Below, one piece after another: positions 14,290 through 32,348 of a DNA stretch of 64,000 nucleotides. Both the position numbers and the translations under genes were made by a program. The stretch comes from the human T2T-CHM13v2.0 reference genome, Homo sapiens: assembly GCF_009914755.1 (NCBI RefSeq), contig NC_060928.1. One strand, written 5' to 3'. Under the pieces are notes generated by a model. That model saw only the letters and a list, made by a program, of their open reading frames with translations, ran no database searches and was not told the origin of the DNA. Within the stretch, counting starts at the first letter, position 1. Each line of letters opens with the position of its first letter.

Positions 14290-14464
14290 GATTTTCTGTT
14301 GAAAGTACAATTTAAAGTATTTAAATTGGGAGAGCTCCATAAAATTACTTTTTAAAAATTAAATACTCTGACAAATTCCTTTTCTGCACTATTGTCTTTA
14401 TATTATATATATATTATAATTTATACAATATATATGTGTGTGTGTATATATATATATATATTGC

Positions 14465-15043
14465 GCTTGAGTACAACGTTTTTATCAGGCTCAAGTAGTT
14501 CCATTAATACTCTACCAGCTTTCTTTTCTTTGTTTGAAAACTTTAGTGTTTGATTTTGGATTTCCTTGCAAGGTGCCCTGGTAATTAAAGAGCTTTTGAC
14601 CTACTTAATTACTAGTTTGCATTGCATTTGGTGTGTCACATTTTACAGAATTACCACTCTTCTTCCTGGAAAATTCTTTTCCTCCATAAAAAGATTCATT
14701 CCCACTCCCCATAACAGCCTTCTTTCCTTTGCCATTTAGTGTTTATTTTTTAAATGCCTGTCCTATTTGGGCTGAGTCAGACATTTTCCCCAAGTTTCCA
14801 ATAAGCCATTCTTAAACAGTCTCTCAGCTTCTTCATGGTTATTTACTTTTAAAACTATTTCTTTCATTTTTTTTTCCTCCTAATAAAACCCGTATTTTTT
14901 CATAGTTGCCCTTTCTAAAACAAGGTAACTTCATGATGAATATTTTTGGCTTTCCTTTCTTGCCAGAATGTTGGACTTAATCACATGGTGATCACTGCTG
15001 AACAGGCATCCCTTGAGGGATAACACTTCCCTTTTGAACATCC
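14465..15043 (-). pseudogene. Candidate large relic exon (...KGKPKIFIMKLPCFRKGNYEKIRVLL; MKEIVLKVNNHEEAERLF...)
   Basis: Acceptor tttgctcatctgtag at 15044; purine-rich, protein-like blocks in shifting frames; 3' end unresolved. Confidence 0.4.
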
Positions 15044-15088
15044 CTACAGATGAGCAAAGTCATCACTCTCATTTTCTGTGGTGGTTGA

Positions 15089-15612
<524 letters not shown>

Positions 15613-16679
15613 AATTCAGCATATAGAAGGTACGTTATGAATATCTGAAAAAATTAAAATTAACAAATAAATTCATAAATAAATCCAAGTTATGAGCTGG
15701 GTCAAGCACTCCTTTGGTATGAAAAAGGGATGGTTGAATCAGATAAGTGGCCCATCTGAATGAACTGTTTGTCTCTCTCTGATGATTCTTCCTCTCCTAT
15801 ATTACTCTACCTCCCTTAAAGAAAAGAGACAGTGTTAAAGAGATAGCAATAAATGACATTTGTCTCCTCACTTCACCCTGTATACAGTACAGAGCTATCA
15901 TGTATCACTCAAAAGGAGATTGAGTCTGCTGCACTTGGTTCTGTGATATCCCTAAAATGTAAAGAGAAACTGTGGAATACGGCAATGGCATGTTTTTCTA
16001 ATATTCCTGACTCCCTATTAAAATAAACAAGCACCGACTATAGCATAAGCAAAGACCCATACGCAAAACTATGTGAAAAGGCATCTCCATGAACCTCCAA
16101 ACATGAGTGTCAACAAACCACCAATAATTACAATACCTGGTGTCTATATCTGTGTAGGCAGAAGCAGAGAGAAGCTAGCTGGGTTTCTGTTATTTCTCAG
16201 AATAGGTGAGTGGTGAACTAATGTGAGAACTGCCATCTAAAAAGCTATGACAGGATCCTGCAGGATCCAATTCACAGATGAGTACGGTGGATTATGTTGC
16301 TATAAATTCTAATGGTTCTGGAAGCATCTTGGTCCTATAAACTCTAAAAACTATGAAAACAAAGCTGTCTTCCAAGACAAAGCCTTGTACTATGGAGAAA
16401 TTGCTAGAAATAGGATCCAAATTGAGCAGAATAGAGACAGAAGCACCAAAGGGCTAGGCAGTTCAGATAAAGGTGTGGAAAGAAAGGGAGGAGGACCAGT
16501 TTCAAAGGATATTGCATTGTTATTTTCTTCTTAAAACTTCATTTACTTAAAGAGATTATGTTTGTATACAATATAGTAGTAGTATTTAAAACAAGAGAAC
16601 AAGGAGACTAATATTCCTACAGAAAATGAAAGCATGCAAAACTGACATGCCACAAAATGTTTGAAAACAGTAAGCTGAT

Positions 16680-17193
16680 TGTAGTAGGCAGAATAATGAC
16701 CCCTTGATGTTGTCGACATCCTAATCCTCTGAGCCTGTGAATATGTTAGGTGGCATGGCAAAAGAGAATTAGGTCGAAGATGGGATTAAGATTGCTAACC
16801 AGATGACTGTAAAATAGGGAAATTAGCCTGGATTATCCAGGTGGGTCTAATGCAATTACAAGGATCCTTCTAAGTGGAAGGAGGAGACAGGAGAGGGAGA
16901 ACTAGAGAAATGGCAGTGTAGGAGGGACTCAGCCCAACATCACTGACTTTGAAGGTGGATGAATGGGGCCTTGGTCAAGGAATGTGAGTATCTGTAGAAG
17001 TTAGAAAAGGCAAGGAAACAGATTCTCCCCTAGAGCTTCCAGAAAGAACACAGCTTTCTTGGCACCTGAATTTTAGCCCAGTGAGACCAATTTTGGACAT
17101 CTGACCCTGAGAACTGTAAGATAATAAATATGAGGTGTTTTAAGGCATTAAGTTTATGGTAATTTGTTACAGTAGGAATAGGAAACTAACATA
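16680..17193 (+). mobile_element. MLT1D-like LTR
   Basis: tgtagtaggcagaataatg...ggattatccaggtggg...ggaaactaacatac. Confidence 0.85.
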
Positions 17194-19403
17194 CGAATAT
17201 TTCAAAATTACCCAAAAGAAATTAAGAAAGTGATAAAAGCTATGAAATATGAATATTAACACAAATGTTAAAAATTAGAATGAGGTAATTGGAGAAGAGT
17301 AAAATTTGGGGGAAAATGATGACAGTTGCATAAAAGAAGGAAACAAAGAAAAAGTCATTTTAGAAATAAAGAATAAAGTCAAAGAATACTAGAATGAATA
17401 AAACTACTGATAATGCCTTCATAGAAATGGAAGATGGAAAGGTGGAAAAAATTCACAGTGAAAAATAAATCAGGAAGAAGATTAAAAAGGATTCAAAAGA
17501 AAGTGATAGATATAGAAGTTCGTAGAAAAGATGTAACATGTATGTCATAGGAGTCTTTGTGAGAAAACCAAACCAAGGGGATAGAATATACTCTAACAAT
17601 GATCAATTTAAAAGTCTTCAAATACAAGGTTATTTGAAACGTACGAAAATGTATATCACATACTGGAAAAAATCTACATGGGAAGGCAAACATTGAGGCA
17701 CAGTCTAGTAAAAATATTAAATTCTAAAAAATCGTTTGGGTATCGAGGCAAAAAGCAATTCGCAAGGGAAAAAATCAGGTTGTCACTGAAGTTTTCATCA
17801 GAAGACTTTATTTCAGAGATCAATGGAGTAACATATTTAAGATACTCAAGGAAAGAGAATGTGAGCCACATTTCCTATGTAGCCAAACCAATTTGTCAAT
17901 ATAAAGGCTCCAAATAAATGTTTATGAACATGTGGTAATTTAAGAAATATTGTTCCCCTGAGCTCTACCTGAGTGATTTACTAAAGGGTACATTTCAGCT
18001 AACCAAAAGATTGGAGAGACTTTTAAGTTAAAAATGTAATGTAATATTTCTGACAGTGTAGATAGGGAATAATCATCAAAAATTGGGAGAAAATGGAGAA
18101 TGTGTATAAAACATTGACTAACCTGCTGATTGCTTTAAAAATACTGACAGAGAGAAAAAGAGCATTACTTCAAATTTGATGCTGTACAGAAAGGTAGAGG
18201 AGTAAGAAAAGATTACTAGTTAATTTTAATGTGGCTTATAGTAGGGAATCAACAACCAATAGCCAAAAATAAAATGAAAGTTACTATTGAAAGATATTAA
18301 TTTAAATTTTAAAAAGTATTCATGTAATATGTATGTGTGTAATAGAACCAAGGCAAAACATTTTGACATATTGATCATGTCAGTAAATGTAAATAAGCTT
18401 AACTCACCCATCTATAAATAATATTCAGACTGATTAAAAAACAAAATTGAATATTGAATACTAAATATCTAAGAAAGTAGAATTAAGACCAAATGCATTG
18501 AGATACAAAAATGAGACTTGATAGCACTGATGATTACAATTCATCCAGTAACTCAGTATTAACTTTTATAAAGCAGAAACTACATTGGTAAGATAAATCT
18601 CTAACACCTGTCTCTAAATCCAAATCAAACCAAGTAGACAAAATATAGGTTGGGTTAGAGAAAAGTAAAATATAATCAATAAAGTAAATCTTAGAGCTAC
18701 ATATAAAATCAGTCCCAGTAATGGAGGAGACATTTTCTATCCAGTGCACATGGAACATTTATAAAAATTGACTGTATCAATGTATAGAAAAAAACGCAAT
18801 AAATTAAGAAGACTAGAAATAATATAAGCAACAGTCTAGACCACAGTAAATAAAAAAAAATTAATAACAAAATTTAAAAAAAAAAAGACATTTCCATGTA
18901 GAATTTTTTTAAAAGCTCTATTAAGTAACTAATAGATCAAAGGGAAAATACAAAACAAAATTACAAAATTTCTTAAAAATTATAAAAATATGACACCTGA
19001 ATCTGTGGGAAACAAAAAGAAGCTATCAGAAGAAAATTTATAGAATTATGTATATAAAAACAATGTAAATAAATACATTAAATCCCTACTTCAAAATGGT
19101 ACAATGAGAAAAACAAAACCAAAATAAACTAGAAATGAATAAAGATAAAAACAAAATTGATATATTAAAAAGCAAAACAAAACAATAAGATTAAAAATAA
19201 AACTAAATCCCAGTTTTTGGAAAGAACTTACCAAAATAGACAAACCATTGTATGTATAACTTAATCAAATACAGAAAGGAAGAAAGCACAAATACACAAA
19301 ATCCAAAGTGACAAGGAGGAAATAATAAACAAAAGAAAATGTTTAAAAAGTTGTAAGAAATTACTTTGCAATGCTCTATGCAAATACACTGTACAACTTT
19401 GAG

Positions 19404-19606
19404 CAGGATTTGATAAACTATAGCCCATGGCCAAATCTATCCACTGCCTATTTTTATAAGTAAAGTTTTACTGGAACATACCTATTCTTTTATATATTAC
19501 ATATGGCTCCTTTTGCAAAAATGGCAGAATTGAGTACTTGTGGCAGAGAGCTTATGGAAAAAATATTTACTCAATATCCTTTACAGAAAATACTTCATGA
19601 CTCCTG
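19404..19606. mobile_element. MER58A-like hAT MITE
   Basis: cagg...aaactatagccc...aaagttttactggaaca...ctttacagaaaa...cctg. Confidence 0.7.
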
Positions 19607-20268
19607 ACTTAGAGAAAAAGGTAACTTTCTTTTTAAAAAGGTACATTTCCAAAATGACCTCATTAGAAACAGAAAGTCACAAATTATCATAGGTGAAATA
19701 GAGTCAGTCACTAGTTAAAAAGTTATTCCACAAAAAGTACCCCTCCTTTCCAAGCAGGAGAGACACACGGAATCTAAGAGTTACCAACAAGGGGCATCCT
19801 GTAACAAGAAGCATTTAGGCCAGGAAGATTTTGTCTCTGTGTTGTTGAGACTTCCCTCTCTTACAGAGAGCGACCTGGCAGCTCTGCAGCACTAGTAAAG
19901 GGAACCCCACTACAGCAAGTGGACTGGCATGGGAAACCTATTTGACCCTGTGGGCTGAGGACTCTTTTCCCCAACTTGGGAAAACCAGGAAGCCCCGACT
20001 TTGGAAGCTCTTTCTGTCTCCTCAGGTAGCACCATAAAGGACCAGTGGCAGCCTCAAGGGCAGGAAGTAAACTAAACAGCTCAAAATAGCATTGTGAAGG
20101 CTCTGAGAATTAAATTGTTGTTGGAACCACAGCCTGCAAAGTAAGCCAGTATTTGTGTGTTAAACTAAAATAGAGTGACTGTCTCTTAAAACAGAAGATT
20201 TAAGTAGGACCCAGAGACTCCTAACATAATAGCCAAAATGTCCAGCATGCAATCAAAAATTACCTATT

Positions 20269-20609
20269 GGCCAGGCATGGTGGCTCACGCCTGTCTGTAA
20301 TCCTGGCACTTTGAGAGGCCAAGACAGGGAGATCGCTTGAGCTCAGGAGTTTGAGGCCAGCCTGGGCAACATAGTGAAACACTGTGTGTATAAAAAATAC
20401 AAAAATTAGCTAGGCATGGTGGCATCACCTGTAGTCCCAACTACTTGGGAGGCTGAGGTGGGAGGTGGGAGGATGGCCTGAGCCCAGAAGATGGAGGTTG
20501 CGGTGAGCTATGATCACACCACTGCACCCCAGTCTGGGCAACAGATGAATACTCTATTTCAAATATATATATATATGTATATATGTATGTATGTATGTGT
20601 GTGTGTGTG

Positions 20610-20652
<43 letters not shown>
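20269..20652 (+). mobile_element. AluJ with tail converted to (TA)(TG)(GA) microsatellite
   Basis: gatcgcttgagctcagg J-type motif. Confidence 0.9.
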
Positions 20653-20656
<4 letters not shown>

Positions 20657-22153
20657 CATACCAAGAACCAGGAATTCAAAACTTGAATGAGAAAAGACAA
20701 TTATCTGATAGTAACATGCCAGTGAATCAAATATTAGAATTATCTGAAAAGGATTTTAAAGCAGCTGTCATAAAAATGTTTCACCAAGCAATTCCAAGTT
20801 CTCTGGAAACAAATGGAAAACATATAAAATCTCAGCAGAGAAATAAAAATTACATAAAAAAGAACAAATGGAAAGTATAGAACTGGAAAGTACAACAGAA
20901 AAGTGGGTTTGAACAAATGAAAAGATATATCTTTACCTTGTATAGCAAGTCTCAGCATCATAAAGATGTCAGTTTTTACCTATGTTAATGTATACATTTA
21001 ATATACTCCAATCAGAATAATGGGAATGTTGACTGGATGTTTGATCTTATCATGAAATAACTAATTTTCTAAGTGTGATCATCATATGGTAGGTATGATT
21101 ATGCAGATAAATTCTTAGTTTTTGGAGATAAATAATAAAATACAGAAGAAGTAATAAAATGTTTGAGATTTGCTTCAAAATTATGGAGAAAAGATTGGCA
21201 ATGTGTTAATTTACTGGTAACTGTTGAAGCTTAGTGATAGGTGTGTTAGGTCTGTTATATCATTTCATATACCGAAATATATACTTCGGTATATATTTGA
21301 GATTTTCCACAATTAAAAGTTTTTGAAAACATCCTTAGGATCTAGGGCTTTGCAGCTATTTTGTTTTGGTGAGAAAAAAAATAGGCTACATAGAAAAGAC
21401 TGGCATTTGCGTGAAAGAAAGGTAGAAGCATAAGAAAAAAATGAGGAAGCATGATTATGCAAGCTTGTAGAGGCATTAGCCGAGACAACCCCAGCTGATC
21501 CATCCACAATCTACAATTTATTAAGGACATAACTTCAGAAAAATGACATACCTAGTCTTCCCTACAAAACGTTTTTTGAAAGAAAAGAGACTCAAAGGAA
21601 ATAATAACAAAATTCTCAGAAGTACTTTAAACTCTTTTGAAATTACTCTGTCTCTTCTCCTTATGCTTCCTTTTTTTCCTAATCATTCTTTTTCTTTAGA
21701 CATAATGAGAAAAAAGAGATAACAATTTTATAGTACTTTACTGGTTTTCTTGATTACTTATATTGGACAATATTATTCTTTTCTGATATGCTTTACTGTA
21801 AGTCAATCAATAGAATATTAGTAGTTTAGAACTTGTTTTTTAAAGACAGACTGCATAGGATAGAATCCAGCTTCTAGCATATATAGTTTTGACTTTGAAC
21901 ATCTTTCTATGTTTCAGTTTATTTACCTGAAAAACAAGAAAAAGGTAGAACTTAGGAAAGTGGTTAGGATCAATGATGTAATGCACTTATCGTGCATCAT
22001 CTAAGAGATTTTTGGACACCATACAAATGTCCATGCCCATTGGCGATGCTCAGCATATAGAAGACAGGAGTGGTATATTCCTTCAACATGGAGCTTGGGA
22101 CTGAGTCATTTAGTGATTTGATATTTCACTCTCGGATTCTGCACTATCCAGCT

Positions 22154-22935
22154 GCATTAGTTTTCTGTGGCTACCGTAAAAATTTACCACCAACTTGATG
22201 GTTTAAAACAAGAAAAATGTACTATCTTAGAGTTCCAGAGGCCACAGGTCTGAAATCAAGATGTAGTCAGGGTTATGCTCCCTCTGGATACTTTAGAGAA
22301 TAGTCCATTCCTTGCCTTTTCTAGCTTCTGGTGAGTGTCAGCATTTCTTGGCTTCCTTGGCGTGTGGTGGTATCAGTTCAATCTCTGCCTCCATCTACAT
22401 ATCACCTTCTCCTCTGTGTGCTTGTTACCAAAACTCCCTTTGTCTCTTTCTTGTAAGGATATATATAGGGATACACGTGATTGAATTTAGGGCTCACCCA
22501 GATAATCCAGGATAAACTCAAGAATCTTTTTTGTTTGTTTGTTTGTTTTTGAGACAGGGTCTCCCTCTGTTGCTCAGGCTGGAGTGCAGTAGTGCAGTCA
22601 TGGCTCACTCCAATCTTGACCTCCTAGGATCAAGTGATCCTCTCACCTCAGCTTCCTGAGTAGCTGGGACTACAAGCACATGCCACCATGCTTGGCTAAT
22701 TTTTTTATTTTTTGTATAGACAGGGTGTCACTATGTTGCTCAGGCTGCTCTCAAACTCCTGGGCTCAAGCAGTCTGCCTCCCTCAGCCTCCAAAAGTGCT
22801 AGGATTGCAGGCATGAGCCACTGCGCCTGGCCCCCTCAAGAATCTTAGTCACATCTTTTGCCACATAATGTAATATTCACAAGTTCCTGGAATTAGGGTG
22901 TAGACATATATGTTAGGGGTCATCATTAAGCTTGC
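22154..22935 (-). mobile_element. MLT1 (B/C-like) LTR split by an AluJ
   Basis: MLT1 motifs on both sides of the Alu. Confidence 0.8.
22529..22832 (-). mobile_element. AluJ
   Basis: Full-length Alu; TSD ctcaagaatctt on both sides. Confidence 0.95.
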
Positions 22936-23092
22936 TACACCTTCTGAAGAAGACACTCCTGTCAATGGTATCTATTGAGGAGCCTGGCCAAACGCATGTG
23001 AGGACTCTAAATTCAGAAGCATTGGCTGCAGAGGCAGATGAAAAGGCAGCAGAATTCTTCAGGCAACTTCTGAGACAATATTTGTCACTTAC

Positions 23093-23165
23093 CCAACCAG
23101 GCTGTGACAACCCTGGATTCAGGAAACATTACTGTTTTAAACTTCCATCCCAGGACCAATATCCA
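23093..23165 (-). pseudogene. Relic exon, 73 nt
   Basis: tttcttgtagtatttttcag|TGG...TGG|gtaagt (strong sites). Confidence 0.65.
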
Positions 23166-23542
23166 CTGAAAAATACTACAAGAAAGCACTGAAGGTAATG
23201 GCTTCACTGCCTTTGTTTGACTACCTGACTTCAAGGTGCCCCAGTCTGCTGGAACACATTCCTGACTCATTCTGGATGCTGGGAGCACTATTTAGATGAA
23301 TAGTCATAACATTTCTACTTTACCTTTAATTAGAAAATGTACTCCTTGTTAAAACTTTAAGCGTTAGGACATATACAAGTAAAAAGTGAAAAATATTTAT
23401 CCCCTGTCTCCTAATTATTCCCCCTGCATTCGTCACCACCACTTCAATCTCCAGGGGTGACCATTATCATCAGTTTAGAGTTTGTTTTTTCATACATTTT
23501 TATGTATCTGTAAATATATATATATAGCTAAAATAAACTCAC

Positions 23543-23630
23543 ACCATGTGTATTTGCAAACATTTTTCAGCTTTAATTTCTTTAGATTGTATTAATAGCT
23601 CTGTCTGATTTCCCAGGAGAAAGTATTTTC
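23543..23630 (-). pseudogene. Relic exon: (R)KYFLLGNQTELLIQSKEIKAEKCLQIHM
   Basis: attttgttttcag|GA...GT|gtgagt; open in phase 1, matching the phase-1 end of 31189-31383. Confidence 0.65.
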
Positions 23631-24246
23631 CTGAAAACAAAATTACTGCTTCTAAAACCACTAATCTATTGCAACTGTATAGTGAAAAATGATAGTGGAA
23701 CTGGTAGCAATAGAACCGTAAGAATTGGCTACATAATGGAGATCCAGATACCTACTGAGATCCAAACACCCAGTGAACAATACTATGTGATATGGTTTTG
23801 TAAAATGAGAGTTCAGTAAGTGATTCATACAGAGGTATCACCTCTATTGGTTTTTATTTACTATTTAGGAAGCCTAGTACATTCCCTTTACTTTTGCTTT
23901 CACAAGAAAGAGTCATCTACTTTATTTCCAATTTAAAATGCTCTATTAAAACTACTAAGATAAATTCTGATGCTTTCCCTATTCCACTAAATATATTTAG
24001 CTCCATTAGCACATACACATTATTTAAGTATGGAACTTTCACCAACAGCAATTTTAGGTTGTTTCTTTCTTATGACAAGTTTGTTTCACTATTGCTATCT
24101 TTTAGCATCATTTCTGTTGCCATTTTCATCAACAGTATACGCATTTTTTACAGAGAGATGTGAGGTATCCATTCTTTTCTTAAGATACTGACAATCTGGA
24201 TGAGATTATAAAATATACAGTAGTTCAAGTATCACAAATTGGTTAA

Positions 24247-25400
24247 TTCATTCAGGAAGCATTTTTTATCACTATCTTCTAGGCACTGCTTAAGGCTCTG
24301 AGGTAAAGCATTCAACCAAAAAGACACAAATTTCTGTGCTCATGGATTTTATATTCTAGAGGGTAAGCAAGGCAATAAGCAAGAAAAATAAGTAAAATAT
24401 AAGGTATGTTAGAAGATTCTCAGCACTGTAAAGAAAACTAAATGAGGATAACAAGGATTCAGGGTGCTGGGGTTTGTGTATGTGCAATTTTAAATTAGAT
24501 GGGCAGGGTGAACCTCACTGAAAAGGTGATATTTAAGCAAAGACCCGAAGGAAGTATGAAAACAAGCCAGGCCAGTGTAAGAACGTTTCATGCAGAAGAA
24601 AAAGGCCCAAATCCCTGAGGTAGAGACATACCTGCTATTTTCAAAGAATAGCAAAGTCAGGATGGCAGAGTAGAGTCAACAAAAGAGAAGTAGTGAGAGA
24701 CCAAGTCGGAGAGGTCAGAGAGGGCCCGATAGTATAGGTCAGGACCTTGGTTTTGAATCTGTTAGAAATAGAGAGCTGTTGGAGGTTTTGAGCAGGTGAG
24801 TGACATGATCTGACTGAAGTCACTCAACTGCTGGGTTGAGAGTGAGAAGTCATCAGATAATGGATATAATTTGGAAGTAGAGACTGCAAGATTTTCTGAT
24901 GACTTGGGGACAGAGTGTGAGACAAATAGAGGATTGCTCCAAAATTTACTAGTCTGGGAAAATGGAGTAATGAAGTTTCTATGACTTGCAGTTTCATCAA
25001 ACTTAGGAATTTAGTTTGGCACATGGTAACCTTGAGATGTTTGTTAGGTGCAAATAGAGATGTTACTTAGGCCACTGGATATGAAAACTAGGATTCAGGT
25101 AAAAGGGTTGGTTGGAGATAGAAATCTTTTTGTCTTCAGGGTATAGACAGTTCTCCAACTGTGATACTGGGGAATGTCAAGAAGAGATGGAGCATCAAGG
25201 CAGAGAAGAGGTCTGAGGGCTGAGCCCTGGGAACTTCTATATTAAGCAGAAAAGAGGAGAAACCTGTAAAGTAACTGCTAATGATCAGTGAGGTAGGAAG
25301 GAAACTAATGAAGCCTTGAAAACATGCTCCAAGGAAGAGTGATCAACTGTGACAAATGTTGATAGATCAAGAAAAAAAGAGAAAAAGAAAATATACAAAA
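24247..25400 (-). mobile_element. L2 fragment
   Basis: L2 3' end (ttcattca...ctaggcactg), aaggtgatatttaagcaaagacc, gacatgatctgact. Confidence 0.8.
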
Positions 25401-25657
25401 GTATAGAAATTCTATAGGAAAGCAAAAGTGGAACAGAATTACGGGAAAGGAACTGGAGGGGAAGGGGAGGTCAAGGACTAATTTTTGAATATAGGAGAGT
25501 TAGCGGTACAGATGAGACACATTCTGTTTGGTCTGCAGTGTTTTAACAAATTTTGAATTTTAATGTCTTTTGAAAGGGCATGTTCTCTAGGCACCCACTA
25601 ACTTTGCTAAGGCCCTCCAGCCATTCAGGTGTGCAACTCATGCAGGAAACTCTAGGC

Positions 25658-26186
<529 letters not shown>

Positions 26187-27439
26187 CTCTAGGTCATTGT
26201 GGATCTGATATTTACAGTTGTGGTATGTGTAAATAGCCCTGAAAGACATGTAACTTGTAAGTCATGTAACAAGTCATATGTAACTACACTGAGGCACATT
26301 TTATTAACTTTTAAAAATGTAAGATAAATATTTTTTTCTTTGGAAAACACAAAACTAAAATTTGCTTATGGTATACAATGTAGAAGCAGAAAAATGAAAT
26401 AAATATTAATTACAATGTATCCTGAGAGATAAACCCCTGTGAACACTTGAATGTATATAATTTCTTTTGTGCGTTTTTTTCAATGAAACTATATATAAGA
26501 AAAATGAGATCATACTATAAATAATGTTGTGTAATTTACTTTTTGTACTCAAAATATCATAGTCTTTTGAAACCACTAAATATTCTTCTACAATATAATT
26601 TTTATAAATACATAGAATTCCATTGCATAATGCGTCAAGATGTGCTTAATTGGTTACCTGTTTAGATATTTATTTATTTATTGTGAATAAAATAATGTGA
26701 CAATGAACATCCTTGTAGCAAATCTTTCTTTTCCTAAGAGAGAATTTGAATCCTAAGTGCCTCCAGGCTGGTTTGAAAACTGTCACTTGGCTGGAGGGTG
26801 AGCTAGCTGACTTCCTCATGCAAAACTCCATAAAGCTCTGTTGTCCTTTTAAAATAAACTATCCCAGTTAATTTAATCTTCACCAAAGGAGGTAGATACT
26901 ACAAAGTTTTGCTTTTAAAAAATTAGGAAATTTTAAGAAAGTCACATGCTTACTGAAACAAAACTCCTCAGAAGTGGGAAAAGATCAATGGTCCAAATAA
27001 GAACTTCCCACGCACGTAACTTCCGAATTTTTCTTTAGAGTTGGTAAATAAATAGCACATCTAACTGGTTCCTCTCATGCATCAAGTCTTTAGTGAGTTT
27101 ATCTCAAGGTTTTGCTCTTTCTGCCAAGCATTTAGAGTGATCCCTTTGTATTATTTATGCTATTAGTATTTGTATAGACTACTGACTATTTTGGCTTGGC
27201 TTTTTCATTTCACTTCTCATACTTGTCAGTTGTCTAATTAGGTGAGTTGATTAGTTTGTCATTTCTAGTTGTCTCAAATGTGGCATCAGATTCCCTTTCA
27301 ACCTTTCCAGAAGTACTTTAATTAATTGACATCTTATGCCCTTCCACACTAAACGTCATCAAATTTTTTCTTTGTTTGTAGATTCCCTTTAGAATATTCA
27401 TGTAGTTGGTGCTGATCTTTTCTACGTAAGTTCTATCTG

Positions 27440-30570
<3,131 letters not shown>

Positions 30571-31188
30571 GTTCCAGCTTTTTCAAATGACTTCTTGTTT
30601 TCACAGCCCTAAGACAAGTATTTGTCAAATAAACAAAGGAACACTTACTTTGTTCCAGACATGGTGCTTGCCATTTAATCCTCAAACAACCATGAGATGA
30701 ATCCTATTCTTATCTAATGTTATAAAATCTGAGGCTTACAAAGCTTAAGTTATTTATATAAGGTTATAGAGATTATAAGTAGCAGAACCAGAATTTGAAC
30801 CCAGGTAGTTCTTTCTCTTTAAATATAATAAAGGAGACAATTTAAACCTGGTCTTTACAGGGGTAATGAAAATAAGGAGTTGAGATCTGAATCAGCATTG
30901 TGAAATAAAGCCTATATAGTTTACTAAAACAATTTATGGCAACTTTGAATAATATAGAGATAAATGTATGATTTCAGTGTCAATGGCCAACCCTCTTTAC
31001 CGAATCTCTTAGGCAAAGGATGATGCATCCACTAAGCTCTGGAATAGACTTTTTCTTTCACTGACCTGCCACTCACTCTTTTTTTGGGCCCATAATGAAA
31101 TGTGTCCTAGCCAGATCTACCCTTTCCATGTTCCCTGCTGGATAGATCCACTGCTGAGAAGTCTAAGTATCCTTCAACAATTGCTCAC

Positions 31189-31383
31189 GTTTTAAAGTAC
31201 AGAATTTTCTTCAAATAAAGTCCTCCAGCTGTAGCTATTTCTACCACTGAACAAATGCTGACATTGAAGGGGTGCAGCTTGCTTCCAGAGATTGCCCTGC
31301 CAAATATGTCTGGCAAAGCTGCCCGGGAATATCTTCTTGATCTACACGCAGAAGTGATGGGAGCCATTTCAATTCTTAACTTT
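31189..31383 (-). pseudogene. Relic exon: S*ELKWLPSLLRVDQEDIPGQLCQTYLAGQSLEASCTPSMSAFVQW*K*LQLEDFI*RKFCTLK
   Basis: ttttattctccttgtag|AA...AAC|gtgagc; 195 nt, phase 1-1 fits both neighbours. Confidence 0.75.
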
Positions 31384-32193
31384 CTACAAGGAGAATAAAA
31401 CTTCTGTTCTGAGTGCCACCTCCACAGAGCTTCCTGAGCCACGTGACATACCATTATTCTCTAGGAACCTCCCAGGCCCCATCTATTCACCAAGCTCTAT
31501 CAGCAGAGGGAGCTTAAGCTGTCACCAGGGGCCACACTTGGGACTTGCGTTTTAACTATTTCATGACTTTTTGGGGTGAGGGTATGTCTCTGAGTTTAGC
31601 AACTGGCTAAAAAATAATTTTATTTGTTTAAAATATTGATTATTAACCCTTCCTTTCTCCTCCTCCCCAAATAATTTAGCCTTTCCATATTGCCTGACTT
31701 ACACAGTCGTGAAAACTTCTTGCCATTTGAAAATGCATGACAAAACCCATAATAATGTGGGAAGACATTCCTTTGAGAATGGATTTGGGAATCAAGACAG
31801 ATGGAAAGAAGAGGGTTTAGAAATAAGTTAGGAAATGGGGTTGACCACAATGGATATACACACCCATATAGTTAGTCATAAACTATAGTTTTCGTTTGAA
31901 AGGCAATAGAGTCCTCATGAGTGTCTTGGGAGAAGGTAGTGATACAGTGATTCAAGATTTTGTTAGCAGAGTGAATTGGCTAAAGGACAGAGAGCTTAGA
32001 GGTTGGAAGACCAGAAAAAAACAAAATAAAACAAACAAAAAAACCACCACACAGCCAGATTTACCCCTCCCCCTCCAAAAAAAACCAAAAACAGGTGGCA
32101 CAAGCCAATGTGAAGCACAAATGAGTATAGTATTCTTTTAAATAAAGGCCAAATCAATATGTTTTGAAATATGAGATGTGGTGAGGCACCTAC

Positions 32194-32273
32194 TCTTTGA
32201 CACCTTCCAGTGTTGGTAATGCCATTTGCAGTCTATGAAACTAATAAAGCGTTTCAGATCTGTCCATTCAGTG
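32194..32273 (-). pseudogene. Relic exon: TEWTDLKRFISFIDCKWHYQHWKVSK
   Basis: gttaatgccag|C...A|gtaggt; 80 nt, open, phase 2-1. Confidence 0.7.
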
Positions 32274-32348
32274 CTGGCATTAACACACAGGGAAATAGTC
32301 AAGGCAAAATGAAAACACAAAGGAACTACTGTAAAAATATTGTATTAT

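Larger units (their letters stand above)
15960..21310 (+). mobile_element. Old L1M fragments (ORF1, ORF2 and 3' pieces) with nested inserts
   Basis: A-rich L1-like motifs such as aaaatagacaaacc, ctctatgcaaata, aaggattttaaagcagct; boundaries approximate. Confidence 0.7.

Noticed and set aside
22932-23192. Plus-strand 86-aa ORF with a protein-like middle (EALAAEADEKAAEFFRQLL)
   Set aside because: Starts at TTG at an MLT1 edge, has no clear splice context and overlaps a stronger minus-strand exon
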